Shown here: one piece after another, positions 28,481 through 38,433 of the stretch
How positions within the stretch are numbered: the stretch's first letter is position 1
How the letters are laid out: every line of letters begins with the position of its first letter
NCBI GenBank assembly: GCA_965203515.1
Contig: OZ241907.1
Span: 1,408,001-1,472,000, forward strand
DNA: 64,000 nucleotides
Origin: Spirochaetia bacterium
Lineage (GTDB): Bacteria > Spirochaetota > Spirochaetia > SZUA-6 > Bin103
Reading direction: 5' to 3'
Made by a program: the position numbers and the translations under genes
The notes under the pieces: model-generated
The model's input: the letters and a program-made list of their open reading frames with translations, nothing else
Databases searched by the model: none
What the model was told of the DNA's origin: nothing

Positions 28481-30018
28481 CGGCGCGCCCAGTGGTCTCC
28501 GTCGGCAATGGCGACGGCCCGCCGCCCCTTGTTCGTCAGCCGGTACTTCTGCGCGGGGCTGCGCGGCTTGTCGGGAACGGTCATTTCCAGCAGTCCTTCA
28601 CGCTGGAGCCGATCGAGCCACCTGCGGAAGTGCCCGGTGCGGTGCGCGTAGCCGGCGGCCGCCAATAGCGCTTCACCGGGAACGGGACCGTCGATGCACG
28701 CGCGAAGCAGAGCGGTATCCTTCCCGGATGGCGCAGCTTGGCCTCCATGGCCCCCAGCTTGGCCCTCATCATGGCCCTCAGTCGTCGGAGCCGGGACCTC
28801 CGCGTTGGCTGACGCCCGCCAAACAGTCGTGACGAATCCGTCTGTGACGGCAAACTCCGGTTCCGGCAGTCCCGCAGCAACGCAGCGTCGAATCATGTCC
28901 AGCGTTCCCGTACCCATGCGTTCGATGTACTCCATCAGGTACAGCGACTCCGCAAGTAATGGGTTGCCGGGCACCGACCGATGCGCCTCACGCAGCTTCT
29001 CCAGGGTCAACGGCGGCGGGAGTCGTCCGGGATTCCGGACTTCCAGGCGGTCGGCGAACAGCATGACCTGCACGCTGCCGTTGTCCGTGTAATCGCGGTG
29101 CGCCACGGCGTTGACGATCGCCTCGGTCACCACCTCTACCGGGATTTCGTACGTTCGAGGCGCCCGTGCGTTCTCCGCTCGGGTGCCGATCGATCGGTTT
29201 ATCTTGCTGAGCACGAAATCCGTCGCCTGATCGACCAGATCGAACGCCGCACCCTTGTACACCTGATACGACGGAATCGGTTTGGCGACCTCGGTTCCGT
29301 GGAAATGAGCGCACCTGATTTCGGAGGAAATCAAGAATCGTTGCGGCTTCTTTCCAAACAACAACACCGCGGCATTCGTGATCCTGTTCCCATTCAGCAG
29401 ATTCAGGTGCTCCAACAATTGCCGAGGCGGCGTCCCTGCCGGAAGTGGGAACTGACGAACTTGGCGTGCCGTGCGGATGAACTGCGCCATCCGCTCGAAA
29501 TCGAGATCGTCCAGCGCCGTGTTGCGGCACGGAGCCGCGTCGAACGGCCCCCAGCGGATCATCTCCCTGGTTTCCAGATACTCCACCAAAGCTGCGTACA
29601 CGCCTGCCTTCAACTCTGCGATGGTGTTGAATCGCTTCCTGATCAATCCCGATTGCGCCTTGGCGATCAGCGACTGCATCTTCGGATGCCGCGCTCTGTC
29701 ATTGACGACCTTCACGAAGATAAGTCGGTGTGAGCCGACTCGGGTAGCGTGGTCGAACTCCCGCTCCGTCGGAGATATTCCTGTGCCGTTCTCACTCCCA
29801 TACTCGTGACCGAACAGCCCCAGATAGATGTCCGACCGTCCAACTTCGTCCAGATAGAGATGATCGGGACTGCGATCCGCCGCCGGAGCATCCTCAAACA
29901 GAAATACGTCGAAGAACCGGCGCATCAGAACGTCGTCACGTATGTAGGCGCGTAACGTGTTCCGCTCTTCGGCAAACTCGCTCTGTACACTGCTGACGAA
30001 GATGCGGATGGGCGTCAT
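28477..30018 (-). CDS. DUF4062 + RecG-C-like ATP-binding (HATPase_c_4) + C-terminal HTH protein
   Basis: IFVSSVQSEFAEER, EAIVNAVAHRDY, LEVRNPGRLP, NPLLA...IERMGTG, MTVPDKPRSPAQKYRLT. Confidence 0.85.
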   Translation of the reverse strand: MTPIRIFVSSVQSEFAEERNTLRAYIRDDVLMRRFFDVFLFEDAPAADRSPDHLYLDEVGRSDIYLGLFGHEYGSENGTGISPTEREFDHATRVGSHRLIFVKVVNDRARHPKMQSLIAKAQSGLIRKRFNTIAELKAGVYAALVEYLETREMIRWGPFDAAPCRNTALDDLDFERMAQFIRTARQVRQFPLPAGTPPRQLLEHLNLLNGNRITNAAVLLFGKKPQRFLISSEIRCAHFHGTEVAKPIPSYQVYKGAAFDLVDQATDFVLSKINRSIGTRAENARAPRTYEIPVEVVTEAIVNAVAHRDYTDNGSVQVMLFADRLEVRNPGRLPPPLTLEKLREAHRSVPGNPLLAESLYLMEYIERMGTGTLDMIRRCVAAGLPEPEFAVTDGFVTTVWRASANAEVPAPTTEGHDEGQAGGHGGQAAPSGKDTALLRACIDGPVPGEALLAAAGYAHRTGHFRRWLDRLQREGLLEMTVPDKPRSPAQKYRLTNKGRRAVAIADGDHWARR

Positions 30019-30285
30019 GAGAAAGGAAATCTCGATCGTTCGGGGATGGCGGAGCGCCAAGAGTTGCGGACTTTGAATGCAGGCATCTCCTCATCCTGAG
30101 CCGTGGTCCATACAATCGTGGCCTTTGCGTGGCACGCCAAGTGTGCGAGCAGACCCTACATCACGCGTATGCCTGCCTCCAACCGACATGTCGACCCAAA
30201 TCCTCGCCTGAAGGCTCGCCGGCGACGACGGGCCTCGACGAGGTCGGCGGCGGCTCTGGGCAGGATCCCCGCCGGCTCCCTTGCC

Positions 30286-31338
30286 TCAGCCGGCCGCGTC
30301 CGCCGGCGACGACTCGAACCACTCGATGAATCCGGTGACGCCATCGTAGATGCCTTGCGTGAGATCGTTCAAGTAGTCCGCCTGCGTCATCAACCGCGCC
30401 TCGGCCGGGTTGGAGACGAAGCCGAGCTCGACCAGCACCGCCGGCATGCGGGAGTGCCGCAGCACCGAGAAGTTTTCGTCGCGTACGCCCCGGTTCTGCG
30501 AGCGCGTTCCGACGTGGGCGTCGAGGCCGTCCAGGATCTCGTTCGCCAGCACGACGCTCTCGCGGCTGATCTGCTCTTCCAGCATCGCGTTGAAGATCGG
30601 TTGGGTGTCGCGGTCGCCGCTCGGCACCCGGTCGGCCGACACCACGTTCCGCTTGTGGCTGTCGGGCAGCACCCAGACCTCGAAGCCGCTGGCCTGCGCG
30701 CGGAACGCGGCGTTCGCGTGGATGGAGATGAACAGCATGACGTCCGGATCTTCGGGAAGCTCGTCATTGGCGCGCACCGACCGTTCCTCCAGCACCACGA
30801 AGAAGTCGGCGTCGCGGGTGATCAGGACCCGTTTGTCCGGAAAGCCCTTCGTGAGCCGGGCGTACAGCCTGCGGCCGACGTCCAGCACGATGTCCTTCTC
30901 GCGCACCTCGACCCGCCGGCCGCCGAATCGGTGCCTGCCGACGGCGCCGGGGTCTTGGCCGCCGTGACCGGGATCGATCATGATCGCGGCCACCCGCAGC
31001 GCCCCCTCCGGCCGCGGCGGGTTCAGCACCGCCGCGATCTGCTCGGCGCCGTCGTCGGTGAAGCGGATGGCGGCGCCCTGCCGCGTGACCGGGCCGATGT
31101 CGAGGCGCCGGTCGTAGTCGATCACCGCCCACGACACGCCAACCCCGAACGCCACCGTAGTGTCGCGGCGCAGCAGCAGCCCCTTCTGCGACCAGGGATC
31201 CCACTCCAGGGTGGCGCCGGTCTCGCGCCGCAGGTCCATCAGATCGGTCTCGCCCCACGCCGCGGCAGCCCCGCAGGCGAGCACGGCGGCGAACATCGTG
31301 ACAAGGCGGACCCGTGAGCAGACCATCCGTCGATTCAT
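30286..31338 (-). CDS. N-acetylmuramoyl-L-alanine amidase (Amidase_3)
   Basis: Signal-like N-terminus; IDPGHGGQDPGA, EKDIVL, TRDAD, FISIHANA, PAVLVELGFVSN. Confidence 0.93.
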   Translation of the reverse strand: MNRRMVCSRVRLVTMFAAVLACGAAAAWGETDLMDLRRETGATLEWDPWSQKGLLLRRDTTVAFGVGVSWAVIDYDRRLDIGPVTRQGAAIRFTDDGAEQIAAVLNPPRPEGALRVAAIMIDPGHGGQDPGAVGRHRFGGRRVEVREKDIVLDVGRRLYARLTKGFPDKRVLITRDADFFVVLEERSVRANDELPEDPDVMLFISIHANAAFRAQASGFEVWVLPDSHKRNVVSADRVPSGDRDTQPIFNAMLEEQISRESVVLANEILDGLDAHVGTRSQNRGVRDENFSVLRHSRMPAVLVELGFVSNPAEARLMTQADYLNDLTQGIYDGVTGFIEWFESSPADAAG

Positions 31339-31452
31339 GTATCGGCAGTCCGGCGCCGCGGGTGCAGAGCCGGCCGGCGCCCGCCCAGGCGCGGGCGCGC
31401 CGCGTTGCACCGCCGGGCGAGCGCCACGTACCCTTGCCGCGTGCTGGGGCGA

Positions 31453-32664
31453 ATGCAGATCTATTCGGTGGCCGAGATTACCCGTCGGGTCAGGGGCATG
31501 CTCGGCGGCGCCTTTCCCGACATCACCGTCGAAGGCGAGGTCTCCAACGCCCACCGGGCGGCCAGCGGCCACCTCTACTTCAGCCTGAAGGACCGCCGCG
31601 CCATGCTGCAGGCGGCGATGTTCCGCACCCAGCTCGCGCGGGCCGACTTCGTCCCGCGCGACGGCATGCTGATCCGCGCGCGCGGCGCCATCGACGTGTA
31701 CGAGCAACGTGGCACGTACCAGTTGGTGGTCCAATCGGTGCAACGGGCCGGCGCCGGCGACCTGCTGGCGCTGCTGGAGGAACGCAAGCGACGGCTGGCC
31801 GCGCGCGGCTGCTTCGACCTGGAGCGCAAGCGGTCGATCCCCCGCGTGCCGCGGCGCGTGGTGGTGATCACCTCGCCGGCCGGAGCGGCGCTGCGCGACA
31901 TCCTCGACGTGCTGCGGCGGCGGCATGCCGGCATCGATCTGGTGATCCTGCCGGCGCAGGTACAGGGCGCCGGAGCGGGCGGCTTCATCGCCTCCCGGCT
32001 GCGGACCGCCAGCCGCCACCGCATGGGCGACGTGATCATCCTGGCCCGCGGCGGCGGCTCGCTGGAGGACCTGCTGCCGTTCTCCGACGAAGCGGTGGTA
32101 GAGGCGATCGTGCGGTCCGAGCTGCCGGTGGTGAGCGCGGTCGGCCACCAGACCGACACGTCGCTGGCCGATCTGGCCGCCGACGTGCGCGCCCCTACCC
32201 CGTCGGCCGCCGCCGAGCTGGTCTCCAGCGAACGCGACGACCTGCTGCGCCGCCTGCGCGCCGCCGCCGCGTCGATGCTCGCCGGTCTGGACCGGCGGCG
32301 CGAACGGGCGCGCTTCATCCTGGAGCGCTTTCAGCCGGCCGGGCTGGAGCGGAGCCTCCGCCTGGCGCTGGCGCCGGCCACGCAACGGCTCGATGACGCG
32401 GTGGCGGCGGCCACGCGCGCCATGCAGTCGCGGCTGCTGGAGAGCCGCCACCGCCTGCTGCTGGCCGCCGACGCCGTCCGCTCCCGTTCGCCGCTCGACA
32501 TCCTGGCCCGCGGGTACGCGGTGGTCACCGGCGCCGGCGGCGCCGCGATCACCGACGCCGCGCAGGTCGGCAGGGGCGATCCGTTGCGGGTGCGCCTGCA
32601 CCGCGGCCGGTTCCGGGCCACCGTCACCGACACCGAACCCGAATCGGGAGGCCCTGATGGATAG
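31453..32664 (+). CDS. xseA: Exodeoxyribonuclease VII large subunit
   Basis: VEGEVSN...SGHLYFSLKD, ITSPAGAALRD, ARGGGSLEDL, SAVGHQTD, PTPSAAAE, LARGYA. Confidence 0.96.
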   Translation: MQIYSVAEITRRVRGMLGGAFPDITVEGEVSNAHRAASGHLYFSLKDRRAMLQAAMFRTQLARADFVPRDGMLIRARGAIDVYEQRGTYQLVVQSVQRAGAGDLLALLEERKRRLAARGCFDLERKRSIPRVPRRVVVITSPAGAALRDILDVLRRRHAGIDLVILPAQVQGAGAGGFIASRLRTASRHRMGDVIILARGGGSLEDLLPFSDEAVVEAIVRSELPVVSAVGHQTDTSLADLAADVRAPTPSAAAELVSSERDDLLRRLRAAAASMLAGLDRRRERARFILERFQPAGLERSLRLALAPATQRLDDAVAAATRAMQSRLLESRHRLLLAADAVRSRSPLDILARGYAVVTGAGGAAITDAAQVGRGDPLRVRLHRGRFRATVTDTEPESGGPDG

Positions 32665-33028
32665 CGCCGGCGCCGCTGACCGGCATCCGGCCGGCGCGCA
32701 GTCGGCCGACGCTCAGTCAGCCGGAGCGCAGTCGGCCGGCTCGCCGGACGGCCCGCAGCGCCGCAGCTTCGAGGAGCGCCTGCAGGAGCTGGAAACGCTC
32801 GCGGAGCGGCTCAAGGACGGTGAGGTACCGCTTGCGGAGGCGGTCGAACTGTTCGAGCGCGGCATGCAGCTCGCCCGCGGCCTCGGCGCCGAGCTGTCCC
32901 GGGTCGAACGGCGCATCGAGATCATGATCAACGAGCCCGAACTGACCGGCGACGCGCCGCTCCTGGAGCCGTTCGCGGACCACGGTTCGCCGCCGCGCGG
33001 CCGGGGTCAGGAAGAGGCCCCGCCCTGA
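32657..33028 (+). CDS. xseB: Exodeoxyribonuclease VII small subunit with (AQSA(G/D))n N-terminal extension
   Basis: SFEERLQELE...L..GEVPL.EAVELFERG..L; overlaps the xseA end. Confidence 0.92.
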   Translation: MDSAGAADRHPAGAQSADAQSAGAQSAGSPDGPQRRSFEERLQELETLAERLKDGEVPLAEAVELFERGMQLARGLGAELSRVERRIEIMINEPELTGDAPLLEPFADHGSPPRGRGQEEAPP

Positions 33029-33074
33029 CCGGATCGGTGGCAGGCCGGCGTCCCGGCGTCTCCGGGCAGCCGGC

Positions 33075-33545
33075 TCACCGCCAGTTGCGCGGGAAGCCGA
33101 TCACGTCCCCGACCGCGGCGTCCGCCTCCGCGAAGGCGCCGTCGTTCACCTCCAGCGCATAGCGCGCCGCCTGCCGGGACCGCACCACCAGCTCCGAGTA
33201 GGGGATCAGCGACTCGATCTGCAGGATCTCGCCGCGGGCGGAGAGGAACGCGATGGAGAGCGGCAGCGGCGTGTGCTTCATCCAGAAGCCCCGCACCTGA
33301 TCGTCGTCGAACACGAACAGCATGCCCTGGCGCGGGCCCAGTTCGGTCCGATACATCAGCCCGCGCTCGCGCTGGTCCGGCGTGCGCGCGACCTGGACGA
33401 CGAACCGGTCGTTCCCCACCTGCAGCGTGACGGTCTCCATCCGGTCGCCCCGGCAGGCGGCGAGCGCGGCGCCTGCCGTCAAGCTCAACGCCAGGCTCAG
33501 CGCCGCCAGTCTCAGCGCCGCCCCGGCGCTCCGTACGGCGTTCAC
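33075..33545 (-). CDS. DUF192 domain protein (putative lipoprotein)
   Basis: RERGLMYR, GMLFVF, FWMKHTPLPLSIAF, YALEVN; LAAC lipobox-like motif. Confidence 0.9.
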   Translation of the reverse strand: MNAVRSAGAALRLAALSLALSLTAGAALAACRGDRMETVTLQVGNDRFVVQVARTPDQRERGLMYRTELGPRQGMLFVFDDDQVRGFWMKHTPLPLSIAFLSARGEILQIESLIPYSELVVRSRQAARYALEVNDGAFAEADAAVGDVIGFPRNWR

Positions 33546-33607
33546 GGCCGGTCGTCGTTCACGACCCGGTCGTCGTTCACGACCCGGTCGTCGTTCACGG
33601 CCGGTCG
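33539..33607 (+). repeat. 17/18-bp tandem repeat x4 at the PAP2-DUF192 junction
   Basis: Units CGTTCACG(A)(C/G)CCGGTCGT read directly from the sequence. Confidence 0.9.
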
Positions 33608-34413
33608 GCGTACACGTGCGCGGTCGGCACCCCCCACCCCACGGCGATCCCGAGTGCGGCGCCGGCCAGCACGTCGGTCACGAAGTGCCGCCCGGCAGCG
33701 ATGCGCAGAACCGCCGCCAGAGAGGCGGTCGCGTAGGCAGCGACCCTGATCAGCGTCGTGTACCGGCCTTGCCAGTACCGCTCGGCGACGGTGCTGATGA
33801 AGGAGGCGCTGGCGAAGGCGATGGCGACGTGACTCGACGGGAACGAGTTGGCTCCCGCCGGGTCGGCGGCCCGGTCCGGGGACACGTCCGGGTGATACAG
33901 GTACGGACGCGCCCGCCAGACGGCCGCCTTGAGCAGGTATGCGCTGCCGTATGTGATCGACAGCACCTGATAGTGGCGGGCCAGCAGGTCCGTCGCATCG
34001 CGGCGCTGCAGCCCGAACGCCGCCGCCCCCACCGGCGCCAGCACGTGACCGTAGGAGACCATGTCGCTGATGGCGGCGAGCAGCGGTTGGTCCGGAAAGA
34101 CCAGCAGGCGGTCGATCACCGGCAGATCCTTGACCCGGAGCGTCAAGCGCTGCTCCTCGGTCACGGACCGCACCCGGTCGGCCACCAGCAGGCCGGCGCC
34201 GGTCATGGTGGTCCCCGCCAGGGACAGCGCCAGGTCGAGCTGCTGCAGGGCGCCCGCGCGGCCGCCGAGCAGCAGGACGGCGGCCAGCACGGCGCACGCG
34301 CGGGGGACGCCGAGGCGGCGCTGTCGGTGCTTCAGCGCACCCGCTCGACCGTACGCTTGAAGCGCTTGTATACCGCGTAGAGCGGGAAGTCGAGCCGTTG
34401 CGACTCCGCCCAC
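33595..34413 (-). CDS. PAP2 family phosphatase (true start probably downstream of 34413)
   Basis: K.AVWRARP, SFPSSH, RIAAGRHFVTDVLAGA. Confidence 0.85.
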   Translation of the reverse strand: MGGVATARLPALRGIQALQAYGRAGALKHRQRRLGVPRACAVLAAVLLLGGRAGALQQLDLALSLAGTTMTGAGLLVADRVRSVTEEQRLTLRVKDLPVIDRLLVFPDQPLLAAISDMVSYGHVLAPVGAAAFGLQRRDATDLLARHYQVLSITYGSAYLLKAAVWRARPYLYHPDVSPDRAADPAGANSFPSSHVAIAFASASFISTVAERYWQGRYTTLIRVAAYATASLAAVLRIAAGRHFVTDVLAGAALGIAVGWGVPTAHVYADRP

Positions 34414-35144
34414 CGGCGCAGGCTGGTGCCCCGCTCCGCGCCGCGTTCGGTCAGGAAGTTCTTCAACTCCCGCTCGCCCTTGCGCAGGCGGCCGAAGTTG
34501 AAGTGGTCCTCCAGCAGCCTGACGAACTCGACCGCCTCGGTCCGTTCCGGCTCGTCCAGCACCTCGTCGCTGGGGTTGAGGATCTCCGATACCAGCGCCT
34601 CCAGGTTCTCCGATTCGTAGCGGCGCAGCGTCTCTTCCACGCGGACCAGCAGCCGGCTGGGCACGAAGGTGATGCGGTCGATGGCGTTCCTGAGCGTCAC
34701 CCGCTTGCGGGTCGCCGCGTCCGAGGTCAACTCCTTCCTGCCGATCGCCAGGTACGCGGCGACGCTGGCGCCCAGCGCGATCGCCAACTCGTCGATCACC
34801 GGGATCGGCAGCCCGCCGCGCAGGACGTAGGCCATCACGAACATCGCCAGCACGAACACCCCGGCCGACGCCAGGAAGCGCGGTATGAACCGGTTCTCCG
34901 ACAGCCAGCGGCGCACCGCGGCGTCGACCGTCCGGTACAGCTCGTCGCGGAACATGGTAAGCACTTCGACGCGCGGTTCGGCGCCGAAGCGGCCCTCCAC
35001 GGTGCGTTCCGCAAGGGTGCCCTCCAGCCGCTCCACGCCGCGGAACGGATCGAGCAGCAGCGACTCTCCGTCTTTGAGGAGCACGTGAAAGATGTATGCC
35101 TTTTCCCTGCCAGCTTCCTCTGCAGCCATCTCCTTGTCAGCCAT
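34332..35144 (-). CDS. Hypothetical membrane protein (two central TM helices)
   Basis: Host-like codon usage, RFIPRFL followed by a hydrophobic hairpin, operonic with PAP2. Confidence 0.75.
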   Translation of the reverse strand: MADKEMAAEEAGREKAYIFHVLLKDGESLLLDPFRGVERLEGTLAERTVEGRFGAEPRVEVLTMFRDELYRTVDAAVRRWLSENRFIPRFLASAGVFVLAMFVMAYVLRGGLPIPVIDELAIALGASVAAYLAIGRKELTSDAATRKRVTLRNAIDRITFVPSRLLVRVEETLRRYESENLEALVSEILNPSDEVLDEPERTEAVEFVRLLEDHFNFGRLRKGERELKNFLTERGAERGTSLRRWAESQRLDFPLYAVYKRFKRTVERVR

Positions 35145-35225
35145 GGGTACGATCCGCCGCCACCGGCAATATAAGCCGCTCGGCGGCGAATCCGCAAGCG
35201 AACCCGCAAGCATCGCGCCCGCGCG

Positions 35226-36353
35226 TCATCGCGCCGCCTTGACCCCGCCGCCGCGGCGGACCCGCTCCACCTCCGCGATCACCTGTTCCTGCCGGACCAT
35301 GGTGGTGTCGCCGGGCGTGGACTGCACCAGGATGCCGTGCGCGGCGCCCCATTCGACCGCCTGCTGCAGGTCGCGCCCCTGCAGCAGGGCGCTGAGGACG
35401 CCGGCGGTGAAGGAATCCCCGCCGCCGGTGCGGTCGGCGATGTGGACGCGCTCGCGGACCGGCGCCACGTACCAGCGGCGCGCCGCCGTCTCGTACAGCA
35501 CGGCGCCCCAGCTCACCGTGTCGGCATCGTGCGCGCCGCGCCACTGCGTGCCGATCAGGCGCAGGCCCGGATAGTCGGCCGCCACCCGTTCGATCGTCGA
35601 CCGGTAGCGCTCCAGCCACGGTTCGAAGCGATCGTCGCCGTCCGGGGTTTCGTAGCCCAGGGCGTCGCCGAGGTCCGAGTCGTTGCCGACCAGGAAGTCG
35701 ATGCTGGGGATCAGCCGCCGGTTGATCCGGCGGGCGCGTTCCCGGTCGGGCTCCACCTTGGAGCGGTAGTTGAGGTCGGCGGCGACGAACGTGCCGGACG
35801 CTCGGGCCGCCTGCGCCGCGGCGATCGCGGTGTCGGCGGTGCGCGCGCCGATCAGGGTGAAGATGCCGCCGGTGTTGAATACCCGCACGCCGTCCCCGGC
35901 GAACAGGCCGTACAGATCGAAGTCGTTCGGGGTGAGCAGCGACGCCGCGGTGTGCGCGCGGTAGTAGAGCGTTTCGGACGGGAGCACGCCCTTGCCGGCG
36001 AAGGTGATCGACATGCCGTTGTGGACCGTGCCCTTGGCGTCGGTGCTGTGCGCGCCGCCGGAGCCGGCGGTGTCCCACCAGATGATCCGGCCCGGATCGA
36101 CCCCCAGCTCCGCGAGCTGGTTGACGATGTTGCGGCCGATGTCGTCGGCCACCAGGGCGGTCAGCACGGCCGCGCGCAGGCCGAACGTAGCGGAGACTCC
36201 GCAGGCCACGTTGGTCTCTCCGCCGCCCTGAAAGACCCGCACCGAGTCGCGTACGCGGGCCAGCGGAACGTCGCGCGGGTCGAGCCGCCAGAGCACTTCG
36301 CCCAGCGAGACGAGGTCATGGCGGCAACGGTCGGCGGCCGGCAGATCGATCAC
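35226..36353 (-). CDS. PfkB family sugar kinase (2-keto-3-deoxygluconate kinase-like)
   Basis: LGEVLWRL, GGGETNVA, DLNYRSK, DRTGGGDSFTAG. Confidence 0.9.
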   Translation of the reverse strand: MIDLPAADRCRHDLVSLGEVLWRLDPRDVPLARVRDSVRVFQGGGETNVACGVSATFGLRAAVLTALVADDIGRNIVNQLAELGVDPGRIIWWDTAGSGGAHSTDAKGTVHNGMSITFAGKGVLPSETLYYRAHTAASLLTPNDFDLYGLFAGDGVRVFNTGGIFTLIGARTADTAIAAAQAARASGTFVAADLNYRSKVEPDRERARRINRRLIPSIDFLVGNDSDLGDALGYETPDGDDRFEPWLERYRSTIERVAADYPGLRLIGTQWRGAHDADTVSWGAVLYETAARRWYVAPVRERVHIADRTGGGDSFTAGVLSALLQGRDLQQAVEWGAAHGILVQSTPGDTTMVRQEQVIAEVERVRRGGGVKAAR

Positions 36354-36466
36354 GGCGGCAGCCTATCACAACACCCGATCAGCGCGGGCCGTCAAAAGCG
36401 GGCCGGCCGATCGCAGACCGGCCGCGGCGGGTTGTGCCGCGCCGTCCCGGCCGCCACCCTGTCGGC

Positions 36467-37141
36467 ATGTCCGCCGCGCCGCGACCGCTGTTCCCGATCG
36501 GGCTCGACCTGGTGGGGCAGCCGGTACTGGTCATCGGCGGCAGGGCCGAAGCGGAGGACAAGGCGGGGCGGTTGCTCGACGCCCGGGCGCAGGTCATCGT
36601 GGTCAGCCCGGCGGTGGAGCCGAGGCTGCGGTCCTGGGCCTGCGCCGGCCGGCTGATCTGGCGGCGCAGGCCCGTGCGGCCGGCCGACCTGCACGGCTGC
36701 CGCCTGGTGATCAATACCCTGGGCGCCGGCAACCCCGCCCACCCCGCGATCACCGGCTGGGCGCGCCGGCAGCGGGTGCTGCTGTCGACCTATGACCAGC
36801 CGGAGCGATCCGATCTGGGGATGCCGGCGGTGGTCAGCCGCGGCCATCTCCGCATCGCCGTCGCCACCAGCAACGCCAGCCCGTCGCTCGCCGGATCGCT
36901 GCGCCGCGAGCTGGAGCGACTGGTCGACGCGTCGGAGCTGGTCTCGTTTCTCGACGAGCTGGGCGCGCTGCGCGGCGACCTGCGCGAACGGGTGACCGAC
37001 GGCGAAACGCGCCGGAGTTTGCTGCGGCAGGCGGCCGCCGGTCTGGAGGTCGCCGGGAGCATCCGCACGCCGCCGCGCTGGCGCGAACGGCTGGCCGATA
37101 TACGGCGGCGGTATTGCATGCTAAGTTCCGACTCCACGTGA
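36467..37141 (+). CDS. Precorrin-2 dehydrogenase / sirohydrochlorin ferrochelatase (CysG N-terminal / SirC-like)
   Basis: LFPIGLDL...VLVIGG..A..K...LL, D.P...D...PAVV.RG.L.IAVATS..SP.LA..LR. Confidence 0.85.
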   Translation: MSAAPRPLFPIGLDLVGQPVLVIGGRAEAEDKAGRLLDARAQVIVVSPAVEPRLRSWACAGRLIWRRRPVRPADLHGCRLVINTLGAGNPAHPAITGWARRQRVLLSTYDQPERSDLGMPAVVSRGHLRIAVATSNASPSLAGSLRRELERLVDASELVSFLDELGALRGDLRERVTDGETRRSLLRQAAAGLEVAGSIRTPPRWRERLADIRRRYCMLSSDST

Positions 37142-38418
37142 TCGATATCGCCCTGATCCGGGAATCGCCGGAGTCGGTCCGCGCCGCGCTCGGCAAGCGG
37201 CTCGACACCGTGGACCTGCAACCGATTCAGACTCTGGACGCCGCGCGGCGCGAGCTGCTCACCACCGTCGAGCGGCTCAAGGCGCGGCGCAACGACGCCT
37301 CTCGACAGGTGCCGCGCATCAGGAGCGCCGGCGGCGACGCGGCCGGGCTCATCGCCGAGATGCGGGCGGTGGGCGACCGCATCAAGGAGCTGGAGACGCA
37401 GCTCAGCCGGATCACCGACCAGCTCGACGACCTGCTGGCGCACCTCCCCAACCTGCCGGACGACGACGTTCCGGCCGGCGGCAAGGAGGCCAATCAGGTG
37501 CTCCGCGAGTGGGGGGAACGGCCCGCGCCCGGCGCCGACGGCACCGACCACGTGGCGATCGCGCGCGCGCTCGGACTGATCGATTACGAGCGCGGCGCCA
37601 AGCTGGCCGGCCACGGCTTCTGGGTATACCGCGGCTGGGGAGCGCGCCTGGAATGGGCGCTGCTCAATTACTTCATCGACACCCACGTCGCCGACGGCTT
37701 CGAGCTGATCCTGCCGCCCCACCTGCTGAGCTACCGTTGCGGGTTCAACGCCGGACAGTTTCCGCGCTTCGGCGTCGATGACGTCTACTTCCTGCGGGAC
37801 GACGACGGCCGCGGCGCGGCGCCGTTCCTGGTGCCGACCGCAGAGACGGCGTTGGCCAGTCTGCACGCCGGCGAGCTGCTGCAGGAGTCGGAGCTGCCGA
37901 AGCGTTACGTCGCCTATACGCCGTGCTACCGGCGCGAGGCGGGATCGTACCGCACGCACGACCGCGGCACCCTGCGCGGCCATCAGTTCAACAAGGTCGA
38001 GCTGTTCCAGTTCGTGATGCCGGATCGCTCGGAAGCCGCCCTGGAGGAGATGATCGCTCGCGCCGAGCGGCTGGTGCAGGGGCTGCAGCTCCACTACCGG
38101 GTAACCCGGCTGGCCGCCCGCGACGCGTCGTCGGCGATGGCGCGCACGCTCGACCTGGAGGTCTACCTGCCCAGCACCGGCAGCTACGAGGAAGTGAGCT
38201 CCGCGTCGAATGCCCGCGACTACCAGACGCGCCGCGCGGGCACGCGGGTGCGCTGCGCGCGCGGCACCCGCTTCGTCCACACCCTCAACGCTTCCGGCCT
38301 GGCGACCAGTCGCTTGCTGCCCGCGCTGCTGGAGACCCACCGGCGCCCGGACGGCGCTCTGACGGTGCCCGAGCCGCTGCGCGCCGCGCTCGGCGCCGAC
38401 CGGCTGCCGCCGGCCTAG
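37138..38418 (+). CDS. serS: Serine--tRNA ligase
   Basis: IDI.LIRE, LPNLP..DVP.G, PTAE, YRREAG, RGHQFNKVE, EVSSASN..DYQ.RR, HTLNASGLA. Confidence 0.96.
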   Translation: MIDIALIRESPESVRAALGKRLDTVDLQPIQTLDAARRELLTTVERLKARRNDASRQVPRIRSAGGDAAGLIAEMRAVGDRIKELETQLSRITDQLDDLLAHLPNLPDDDVPAGGKEANQVLREWGERPAPGADGTDHVAIARALGLIDYERGAKLAGHGFWVYRGWGARLEWALLNYFIDTHVADGFELILPPHLLSYRCGFNAGQFPRFGVDDVYFLRDDDGRGAAPFLVPTAETALASLHAGELLQESELPKRYVAYTPCYRREAGSYRTHDRGTLRGHQFNKVELFQFVMPDRSEAALEEMIARAERLVQGLQLHYRVTRLAARDASSAMARTLDLEVYLPSTGSYEEVSSASNARDYQTRRAGTRVRCARGTRFVHTLNASGLATSRLLPALLETHRRPDGALTVPEPLRAALGADRLPPA

Positions 38419-38433
38419 GAGCGGGAGGCGCCG

